Shown piece by piece: positions 56,897-64,000 of a stretch of DNA of 64,000 nucleotides. Under the pieces are notes generated by a model. It saw only the letters and a list, made by a program, of their open reading frames with translations. It was not told the origin of the DNA and did not search any database. This DNA comes from a virus. Its lineage: Duplodnaviria; Caudoviricetes. The position numbers were made by a program, and so were the translations under genes. Each line of letters starts with the position of its first letter. The first letter of the stretch is position 1. The stretch is from the IMG/VR virus record IMGVR_UViG_3300014203_000012, positions 96,001 to 160,000 of that record. One strand, given 5' to 3'.

Positions 56897-58219
56897 ATGA
56901 ACTTTTTTTCAAAATTAATAGGTCTATTTAAAAAAGATAAAGCATTTGATAAGAAAGCAAAATTAATAGTAGACGAGTATGGAGATCTAAGCGTTAGTCT
57001 TATATCTTTTAGCGATGCATCGTATATGTCAAGCTTTGCTGCAAAAATGTGTGTCGGGGCTCCAGTAGAAGAGGATTATGATAAACGGTTAGGTCATATC
57101 TCTCGTGTAATTTCTAGAGGGCACGAATCTACTATTGCACATTCTAATATTATAATGCTTGTATTACTCGATAGTGCATTTAATTCTAAATTCATCGAGA
57201 TAGCTCCAGCATTAAAATTTGCAGAGTATGTCACATCTGAGCAAGAAGATGGGTCTAATGCGATCTTAATTGGCGGTAGTGTTAGAGCATATAAATATTT
57301 TTTCCGTGAAGTAAAAGATTTGAGCAACCCTATTTGTAATGCAATTAAAGAAACGTTATATCAATCAGCTGAATCTGCTTTCTTTGAAGATTTTATTGCA
57401 GATGGGTTAATGGATAAAGCTAAGTTTCAGTTCTATCCAATTGCTAATACAAATGTTGTAAGCGAAGAAGTAGCTGATGCAGATGGGGAAAAATATATGC
57501 AAGATTATTGTGAAGCCACTGTCAAAGCTCAGAATATTTTAAAGGGTAAAGTATGTGATATTGCATATGCTGATGATGTATTAGGTATTTTGGATAAAGT
57601 TGAAGGATATGGTTTTACCCTTCGCGATATATTAAAACTCACAACTTGTACTGTTATTTTCCACGATATTTCTAGGATTATCTCTCAGCAACTTACTCGC
57701 CATCTTGCTGGTATTGCGCAAGAATCTCAACGATATGTAGATTACAGTACTGCTAAATTTATAGATCCTACTCAATTTAATAAAAAATATGATATGACTA
57801 AAAATTATAAAATTGAGATTGGTCTTAATAAATATGAAATGTCTTCTACTGAACTTGGTAAAATGCTTCTTTTAATATATCCTCAACTTGTCGCGCAGGG
57901 TATGCTTAAACAGGATGCTAGAGGATTCTTGGTGCAGAATGGAGAAACTAAACTTGTTATGACATTTACACTTTCTAACTTAATTCATTTTATCAAGGAA
58001 AGAAAACCTAATGTTGCACAGCCAGAGGCACAATATATCACAAATGATATGATCGAAGGGTTATACAAGTATGAAGCAACAACGTATCTATTTAGCAGTA
58101 TTGGTGTTGATGGGCTAATCAATATTTGTGAAACTCCAGTATATAAAGCTAAAGAAGGAGAAGATTTAGCAGCGATAGAAAATTCTATTGACGAGATTAT
58201 ATCTGAGGAGGAAATATAA
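56897..58219 (+). CDS. thyX: FAD-dependent thymidylate synthase ThyX with a tandem two-domain architecture
   Basis: Domain 1 has RGHESTIAH. Domain 2 has ISRIISQQLTRH...QESQRY, QDARGFL and AQPE. At 440 aa it is about twice the normal length. Confidence 0.85.
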   Translation: MNFFSKLIGLFKKDKAFDKKAKLIVDEYGDLSVSLISFSDASYMSSFAAKMCVGAPVEEDYDKRLGHISRVISRGHESTIAHSNIIMLVLLDSAFNSKFIEIAPALKFAEYVTSEQEDGSNAILIGGSVRAYKYFFREVKDLSNPICNAIKETLYQSAESAFFEDFIADGLMDKAKFQFYPIANTNVVSEEVADADGEKYMQDYCEATVKAQNILKGKVCDIAYADDVLGILDKVEGYGFTLRDILKLTTCTVIFHDISRIISQQLTRHLAGIAQESQRYVDYSTAKFIDPTQFNKKYDMTKNYKIEIGLNKYEMSSTELGKMLLLIYPQLVAQGMLKQDARGFLVQNGETKLVMTFTLSNLIHFIKERKPNVAQPEAQYITNDMIEGLYKYEATTYLFSSIGVDGLINICETPVYKAKEGEDLAAIENSIDEIISEEEI

Positions 58220-58482
58220 TGACACCAGAGACTAGAACTAATTTAGAAACTGCACATAATAATCTAATCCCATCAAAGAGAAGAGTTTTACGACTCAAAG
58301 ATGGAACTGAAAAATCTTTCATTGATCTTAAACCGAACGATATATTTCAAGTTATCGAGCCAGACGGTGTAGTTGATTCGTACGTAAGCGATGGAAAAAC
58401 AGTAAGTTGGAACAAATGTGTAGATGAACCGTACCTCAATGCCGAAAGTGTTGTAACTGTAAAAGTAGAGCCTGTAATTTAA
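58219..58482 (+). CDS. Hypothetical protein
   Basis: GAGGAGG RBS, translationally coupled to thyX. Confidence 0.65.
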   Translation: MTPETRTNLETAHNNLIPSKRRVLRLKDGTEKSFIDLKPNDIFQVIEPDGVVDSYVSDGKTVSWNKCVDEPYLNAESVVTVKVEPVI

Positions 58483-58550
58483 AATATATACACATCTCTA
58501 CACTATATTGAACTAGAAAAGATCTACCTAAATAAAGGAGGAGATATAAA

Positions 58551-58970
58551 ATGAACAATTTTAAACAATTTACTACATTTGAAGATGGTATAACAGAACT
58601 ATGTAAACTAGTACCTGATGTCACAAAATACACTAAGTACACAAAAACTGAACAAGAGGTATCTAGTAAGTTAATGGAGTGCATTAAAGATAACTATCCT
58701 ACTGTCTATAGTCCAGAATATCCTGCAACTTATTCGCTAAGTATAAGTGCTCGTGAGGTTGGATTTAAAACACGCAGTTTCTTTGCATTCGGTTGGAAAA
58801 TTCTAATATCCCCTAAAGATAATACAGTTACATATGGTTTCCGTATTTCTTTTAGCGACTTTAAAAATATCTTTAATAATAAAACAGAAGAGCTTTTGGC
58901 AACCAATGGTTGGGCATCAATACCAACTATTAAAAGAGATATTAAAAAACCCGTTGCCACTAAAGTATGA
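58551..58970 (+). CDS. Hypothetical protein
   Basis: AGGAGG RBS, followed by a hairpin at 58977-59006. Confidence 0.7.
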   Translation: MNNFKQFTTFEDGITELCKLVPDVTKYTKYTKTEQEVSSKLMECIKDNYPTVYSPEYPATYSLSISAREVGFKTRSFFAFGWKILISPKDNTVTYGFRISFSDFKNIFNNKTEELLATNGWASIPTIKRDIKKPVATKV

Positions 58971-58976
58971 TGATAT

Positions 58977-59006
58977 AATGCACTAGAGCAATTGCTCTAG
59001 TGCATT
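58977..59006 (+). terminator. Palindromic terminator
   Basis: AATGCACTAGAGCAATTGCTCTAGTGCATT, a perfect palindrome. Confidence 0.75.
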
Positions 59007-59042
59007 CTCTTGTTTACATACACTTAAAGGTGGTGATATTAT

Positions 59043-59774
59043 ATGGCAAGGAATCCTAATAATGTAATTAAAGTTGATTATAATGCTCTAAAATCAGAGG
59101 TAGTTAAAATTGAAAGCCTTCCAGAATTTGATATACCGGATTATGATTTAGCCAATCATAAAGAGTTTCCTAAATATATCTCGGCAATAGAAAAGATATG
59201 TAGAGGATCATTTGAGTATAAACAGTATGTAGGGTTTTTAAGAGATTATGTTGATATGAATAAATGTAGTTTTTATAAAAACGTTACTAATATGGACTCG
59301 TTTAAAATTAAGATCCACATACACCACGAACCCATAACACTATATGATATTGTGCTTGCAGTGTATAATAAACGATGCGCTTTCAGAGAATCCATTTCAG
59401 ATGAAATGGTCGCTAAAGAAGTAATGTATAATCACTACAAGATGAATATAGGACTAATTCCATTATCTGAGACTGTTCATGAATTGGTTCATAATCAATA
59501 TCTGTTCGTACCAACTACTGCAGTATTTGGGGTGTATAAAACATTTGTTGATATTTATAAAGATTTCATAGAAGAGGAAACTTTGGATAATCTAAGAAAA
59601 GCAGAAGAGGCTAGCACTCACTACAATTATACACAAGCTGAATCTTTACTAAACACTAATATGATATTCATTGACCCCTCAGGAGCATACAAATTACCCA
59701 AGTATGAAGATGTCATTTCTAGTATGAAAGCTAGAGTTGAAGAGTTAAAACTGCCAGCTAGCGCTCGATCGTAA
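59043..59774 (+). CDS. HNH-like (His-Me finger) protein
   Basis: IHIHHEP...LIPLSETVHELVH, with TACA-N6-TA at 59015-59026. Confidence 0.5.
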   Translation: MARNPNNVIKVDYNALKSEVVKIESLPEFDIPDYDLANHKEFPKYISAIEKICRGSFEYKQYVGFLRDYVDMNKCSFYKNVTNMDSFKIKIHIHHEPITLYDIVLAVYNKRCAFRESISDEMVAKEVMYNHYKMNIGLIPLSETVHELVHNQYLFVPTTAVFGVYKTFVDIYKDFIEEETLDNLRKAEEASTHYNYTQAESLLNTNMIFIDPSGAYKLPKYEDVISSMKARVEELKLPASARS

Positions 59775-59787
59775 TACTATGATATCT

Positions 59788-59809
59788 TACTTATATATTA
59801 TAAAGATGA
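59788..59809 (+). promoter_or_regulatory. Early-type promoter
   Basis: TACTTATATATTATAAAGATGA. Confidence 0.7.
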
Positions 59810-59836
59810 GAATAATAAAAAGTGAGGTAATATAAT

Positions 59837-59962
59837 ATGACTAATGTTAAATATTTACTACTAAACGTGTCAAGACCTAAAGTTAGATTACCTAAGGTTT
59901 ATCCTAGGATAATCAAATTCGCTATCAATTTTTATCAGAAATATTTCTTTCTATCTATATAA
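59837..59962 (+). CDS. 41-aa basic/hydrophobic early peptide (not in the ORF track)
   Basis: GAGG RBS. MTNVKYLLLNVSRPKVRLPKVYPRIIKFAINFYQKYFFLSI*. Own promoter and a downstream hairpin with T tract. Confidence 0.55.
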   Translation: MTNVKYLLLNVSRPKVRLPKVYPRIIKFAINFYQKYFFLSI

Positions 59963-60003
59963 AGATAAGGCGGGTCTTCCCGCTTTATTTTTTGTTTGTG
60001 TGG

Positions 60004-60015
60004 AACATAATAGTA
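60004..60015 (+). promoter_or_regulatory. Late-type promoter AACA-N6-TA
   Basis: AACATAATAGTA. Confidence 0.6.
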
Positions 60016-60058
60016 AAATTCTCTCTAACACAGGTGAATTAAATGTGGAGGTGTAGGT

Positions 60059-60544
60059 ATGTCCTTATTCAAAAATAGTACACAACTTATTATTGAAATG
60101 ACTAAAGGTGAAGGTGGAATTACTGATGATGATCTAGATATCAAACTTAATTCCATTAGTTTTGATGATGTATTGGCTGACATGCAGTCTATCCAAATGG
60201 GTGAACTTGGATATAAAGTTGAAATGGTTACTGTCCGTGAATGCAAACGTCTTGGCTATGATTTAGTAGAAATGGATGAACTTGCAAAATACATGGTAAG
60301 TAATAACATTCGCGACTTTAAAGAAGCGATTGAAAATGTTGCTGAATCGTGTGCTCGCGATTCTAAGAAATTTGCTATTGTTATTGATGAAGCTTCAATT
60401 AGAAATTCGATATATGAGGCAGAATGTAGTTCAAAATGCGCCGATGAAGTTTTCAAAAAGGCTAAAGTTAACAATGTTGCTGATACTAAGAAAGTATTAG
60501 ATATCCTTTATGATAAAGGCTTAAATGTCGTCAAAAGGGGATAA
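60059..60544 (+). CDS. Putative late/virion protein
   Basis: GGAGG RBS, late promoter, IIE/VRE/IDE/IYE sites. Confidence 0.6.
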   Translation: MSLFKNSTQLIIEMTKGEGGITDDDLDIKLNSISFDDVLADMQSIQMGELGYKVEMVTVRECKRLGYDLVEMDELAKYMVSNNIRDFKEAIENVAESCARDSKKFAIVIDEASIRNSIYEAECSSKCADEVFKKAKVNNVADTKKVLDILYDKGLNVVKRG

Positions 60545-60555
60545 TATTACAATTA

Positions 60556-60593
60556 AATATATCGGATAGCCTTATTCGGCTATCCGATATATT
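60556..60593 (+). terminator. Terminator hairpin
   Basis: AATATATCGGATAGCC-ttattc-GGCTATCCGATATATT. Confidence 0.8.
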
Positions 60594-60611
60594 GTGTCTT
60601 AATATTACTCC

Positions 60612-60633
60612 TAAATATATATTATATAGGTGA
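60612..60633 (+). promoter_or_regulatory. Early-type promoter
   Basis: TAAATATATATTATATAGGTGA. Confidence 0.7.
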
Positions 60634-60647
60634 TAAACTAATAAGGA

Positions 60648-61028
60648 GTGGATAAAATGAACTTAGAAAATCATGATAATATAAATACAATTTTAAAATA
60701 TTTATTACAATGTCTAGCTATGGTAGATAAGGCATATATAGTTAGAAGCAATTTCATATCTAGTATACATACAGCAGATACTCTAGCTATAAAATTATTT
60801 GCGTTAAAACACAATCTATTAACCGATGAAGATTTTAAAGAATGGATTGACGAGGCATTATGCTATATGCATGATATTAAAAAAGATATACGAGCTAGAA
60901 TAAGCAGAATGCCACAAAAAGAACTAATGATATTAATGAACGACGAATCCGCAACATTCAAATTTATAGAGAAATACCTAACTAAAGAGGAGGAATTAAA
61001 AAATGATCGCTTTTTTCAATGCAGTTAA
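60648..61028 (+). CDS. Hypothetical early protein
   Basis: ORF downstream of an early promoter. The true start may be ATG 60657. Confidence 0.65.
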   Translation: MDKMNLENHDNINTILKYLLQCLAMVDKAYIVRSNFISSIHTADTLAIKLFALKHNLLTDEDFKEWIDEALCYMHDIKKDIRARISRMPQKELMILMNDESATFKFIEKYLTKEEELKNDRFFQCS

Positions 61029-61698
61029 TACCTATACAGACGCATCAATAGTAAAAGATATTGATGGGAATTTCATATCATGCGCTGGGTTTGTAACCAC
61101 GTTTCATGGTGAGATAATAGACAAAGGGACTAAAATAGTATACCAAACTACAAATAACTATGGAGAGATAATGGCTATATATTTGGGTATTCAAAGCTTA
61201 TTATCTTTTAAAGAATATGATGCATTTCTCAATCTGTTTTCTGATTCTAAAATATCAGTATTCGGATTAAAGGAATGGATTTATGGTTGGTTAAGAAATA
61301 TGGATAGCAGAACAAAAATGCTAATCAATTCTAGTGGGACCAACGTAGCCAATCAGGACATATTTTGTAACATTATAAATTTCATTGTACAAAATAATAC
61401 ACATCTATCTATTTATCATCAGCGGGGTCATCAGAATCCAGCTAATGTAACTCATATGGAAGTGGTAAGAAAATCATTTTTGGAAAATAATAATATTGAA
61501 ATTACTGATGATATAATCCGAGAAATTTGCTATTATAATGACGTAGTTGATAATATGACTAGGGATGCATTGGTGCGTACAGTTGCAAAGGACGGGTTCA
61601 ATCCACAGACTTGTAGAAAGCCTAAGATTGTAGCTACCAGAGTATTGAATTGGGATATGATGAAACAATATAAAACATTAATCGAAGGGAAGGGTTAA
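61003..61698 (+). CDS. rnhA: Ribonuclease HI
   Basis: YTDAS, TTNNYGEIMAI, FSDS, HQRGH and YNDVVD give the D-E-D-D catalytic set. Confidence 0.85.
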   Translation: MIAFFNAVNTYTDASIVKDIDGNFISCAGFVTTFHGEIIDKGTKIVYQTTNNYGEIMAIYLGIQSLLSFKEYDAFLNLFSDSKISVFGLKEWIYGWLRNMDSRTKMLINSSGTNVANQDIFCNIINFIVQNNTHLSIYHQRGHQNPANVTHMEVVRKSFLENNNIEITDDIIREICYYNDVVDNMTRDALVRTVAKDGFNPQTCRKPKIVATRVLNWDMMKQYKTLIEGKG

Positions 61699-61700
61699 AT

Positions 61701-62099
61701 ATGGAAACTGTTAACGAAGCTACTGTAGTTACTACAGGGGGAAGATTTTATACAGATAAAATGAATTCGTGTTATGATGAATTTTTAAGGCTCAAACCAG
61801 ATTTTAATGTTCTTGGTGAGGTATTCTTTGCACTACTACACGATGCAACAATATCGCTTATTAAATCTGCAGCTAAGAGCTGTGACAATGCAACGCTAAA
61901 TGATAATACTGAGAGTATAGTTAATTTGACAGATAAGTATGCTAGATTATATTTTGCGCTACAACGAGAAGAGACAGCTTTACTAATGCTTAGGTCAGCG
62001 TTGTATGACATAATTCGTGGATATGATTATACAAATAACAAGTACGATGCATTAGCATTAAATTTATATGAACGTATTCGAAAGTTAATAACAGTTTAG
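61701..62099 (+). CDS. Hypothetical protein
   Basis: 132 aa, follows the RNase H gene. Confidence 0.65.
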   Translation: METVNEATVVTTGGRFYTDKMNSCYDEFLRLKPDFNVLGEVFFALLHDATISLIKSAAKSCDNATLNDNTESIVNLTDKYARLYFALQREETALLMLRSALYDIIRGYDYTNNKYDALALNLYERIRKLITV

Positions 62100-62119
62100 A
62101 ATATATATTATATAGATGA
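62098..62119 (+). promoter_or_regulatory. Early-type promoter
   Basis: AGAATATATATTATATAGATGA. Confidence 0.7.
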
Positions 62120-62160
62120 GCATGGATAAATTGTATTAAGAGAGAGAAAGGGAGATTAAT

Positions 62161-64000
62161 ATGGCTTGCAATAATTTAGAGCATAATTACAATTGTAATT
62201 GTGATAAAGATGGAAAAGTTATACTTATCGAGATATCAGATGATATCATTACTGGATACAACGGATTAATCGCTGCTATTCCAGACACAGATTCACTTCT
62301 AGCGGAATTTAATGGATATATCCAACAGTATGGTGGATTGGATAAGGTGTGCGAAATATTTCCTTATATCGATCTTGATCTTAACCGTTATGGTATATTC
62401 GTTCCTAAGAACATGAATCCATTTTCTAAGTTTTCTAATATGTATCATATTATGAAAGCTAGAAGACGAGACGAAGCTAAAGATTATGCCGCAATGGAGG
62501 CAAATAGGGTAACTAAAAATGAAAACGGCTCAGTATTTGGTAGTGGCTTTTCTGGACTTCCTATGATGCCACCTGAACAGCCAATGATGGGTGCCTATGT
62601 TCCAGCGAATGAATACGATCAATCTATGCAAATGGGATACAATCAACCTATGATGCAACAATCATCTATACCTGGATTCGTTCCAGCTAATGGGTATGCG
62701 CAAAATATGCAACAACCACAGCATATTAATATGGGTGGATATGTATCTGTCAATGGTCAATGCCAAATCAATTCTATGGATAGTTATACTTCATCTGCTC
62801 AGAACTATACAAATACAAGTCGAGAAGCTGAACAGTTTGCACTAGCTGCCGCTCAAGTGTTTGTTAGTAGAGAAGAAGAAAATCCAGCAGACAAAGAGCC
62901 AACTATAAGTTTTGGTTCTAATAAGTTTGTAGAAAATGAAAAGGAAACTGGCTATAGTTTCAATTGCAATAAAATAGGCGATATGGAGCCCGAAGGTGGT
63001 TTATTAAATTTTAACCCAGAATGGCATCCTAATGATCCTAGAAATTATGCACAAACCCAACCACAACAAATGGTAGGCGGTGCATTCGGTATGCCATTCG
63101 TTCCACAGACTAACTACTATCAAACTCCTGGATTTGTAAACGAGAACCGATCGGATAAGGAGACGTTCTTTTCGGTTGGTAAATTGGCTCAAGATAGGAT
63201 GTTGCAACAGCCTAATCTTGATACAAATATTCCTTATATGAATGCACAAAATAAGAACTGGAAACCTAATCATCCAATTCTTAAAAATGCAGAATTTCCA
63301 GAGGGGATTGATGAATCCCACCCAGAGTTTGAAAGAGTTAGAAACCAGATGAAGTTCGAATGCTTCGGGCCAGAAGCTGAAATGGCTAGAGCATATACTC
63401 CAAGCATAGACCCTTCTATATTAAATAGAAATATTATCGACACTGGAGATCCAACTATGTTAGCTCCAGAAATGGATGAGGCTGAAGTTGAACATAGGTT
63501 ATTGGATGAACAATTTGGTGAACGCAGAAGAATGAAAATATCGCAAGTTAATCAGGCAGAAAGCGATTTCGTTGCAATGATGCACCAACAACAACCACCT
63601 ACAACAATGCCGCAGAATCTTGGAGGGAATCCATATTTTGCAAATAATCCTTGGCTACAAAATCATCAAGCCCAAATGGCTCGTATGAGCAATATGGGCA
63701 TGGCAAATAGTGGTGGATATTATGGAGCAGTCCCAGGTATGAACATGATGCCTCCTGCTATTGGCATGATGCCTAACATGGGGATGATTCCTGGAGCGAA
63801 CGCTCAGTATTTTCAGACAGATAATGAATGGATGCTTCCAACTGAAGAAGAAATAAAAACTGGAAAGGTGGCAATAGCTACAGTTGTCAGGGATGGTAAA
63901 ATATCTGAGGACATCGTAGAGCCTGTAAGAAAAAGAGAAGAGGAGGATATTAAAGTCGCAATAGTGCGAAAACACACTGATGAAAATGGAGTTGAATATG
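62161..64000 (+). CDS. Large early protein with Q/M/P/N/G-rich low-complexity regions; runs off the window end
   Basis: GGGAG RBS and ATG 62161 (MACNNLEHNYNCNCD...). The frame appears open to 64000. Absent from the ORF track. Confidence 0.75.
   Translation, partial: MACNNLEHNYNCNCDKDGKVILIEISDDIITGYNGLIAAIPDTDSLLAEFNGYIQQYGGLDKVCEIFPYIDLDLNRYGIFVPKNMNPFSKFSNMYHIMKARRRDEAKDYAAMEANRVTKNENGSVFGSGFSGLPMMPPEQPMMGAYVPANEYDQSMQMGYNQPMMQQSSIPGFVPANGYAQNMQQPQHINMGGYVSVNGQCQINSMDSYTSSAQNYTNTSREAEQFALAAAQVFVSREEENPADKEPTISFGSNKFVENEKETGYSFNCNKIGDMEPEGGLLNFNPEWHPNDPRNYAQTQPQQMVGGAFGMPFVPQTNYYQTPGFVNENRSDKETFFSVGKLAQDRMLQQPNLDTNIPYMNAQNKNWKPNHPILKNAEFPEGIDESHPEFERVRNQMKFECFGPEAEMARAYTPSIDPSILNRNIIDTGDPTMLAPEMDEAEVEHRLLDEQFGERRRMKISQVNQAESDFVAMMHQQQPPTTMPQNLGGNPYFANNPWLQNHQAQMARMSNMGMANSGGYYGAVPGMNMMPPAIGMMPNMGMIPGANAQYFQTDNEWMLPTEEEIKTGKVAIATVVRDGKISEDIVEPVRKREEEDIKVAIVRKHTDENGVEY

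Noticed and set aside
1-64000. Stop-codon reassignment (alternative genetic code)
   Set aside because: Long genes are intact under the standard code, and TAA, TAG and TGA all end genes.
1-64000. Phage nucleus (chimallin), tubulin, major capsid or prohead protease genes
   Set aside because: None is recognisable in this window. The protease is inferred only from putative cleavage motifs.

Overview
This 64-kb window is an AT-rich (about 30% GC by eye), gene-dense segment of a phiKZ/AR9(PBS1)-like jumbo myophage genome using the standard genetic code. Strong GGAGG ribosome-binding sites suggest a Bacillota host. It contains tail and baseplate genes: gp25-like, gp6-like wedge, tube/gp48-like, hub-like, and a ~4050-aa tape measure protein with three C-terminal hydrolase domains. 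It also contains four paralogous internal head proteins, a 1716-aa beta-like subunit of a probable virion RNA polymerase, two RCC1-repeat genes, and DNA-metabolism genes (RusA-like, RNase HI, 5'-3' exonuclease-like, PC4-like SSB, HU-like, dTMP kinase, tandem ThyX). The regulatory grammar is readable: ten early-type TATATATTAT...TGA motifs, about twenty late-type (A/T/G)AC(A/T)-N6-T(A/G) motifs, and over twenty long palindromic terminators. The best candidate for an undescribed system is a set of enzyme 'cargo' domains (an H-Y-E ADP-ribosyltransferase-like domain, a GNAT acetyltransferase, a permuted papain-like hydrolase). Each is embedded in a late virion protein and bracketed by putative prohead-protease (hydrophobic-x-E) sites, suggesting effector polyproteins released inside the capsid. 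Other highlights are GxGK[FW]GRG linkers between the tape-measure hydrolases, a small protein carrying an RNAP DxDGD catalytic-loop-like motif, a candidate tandem small-RNA locus, variable RCC1 cassettes, and a poly-G RBS upstream of the thymidylate operon. All family calls come from motif recognition by eye; no searches were run.
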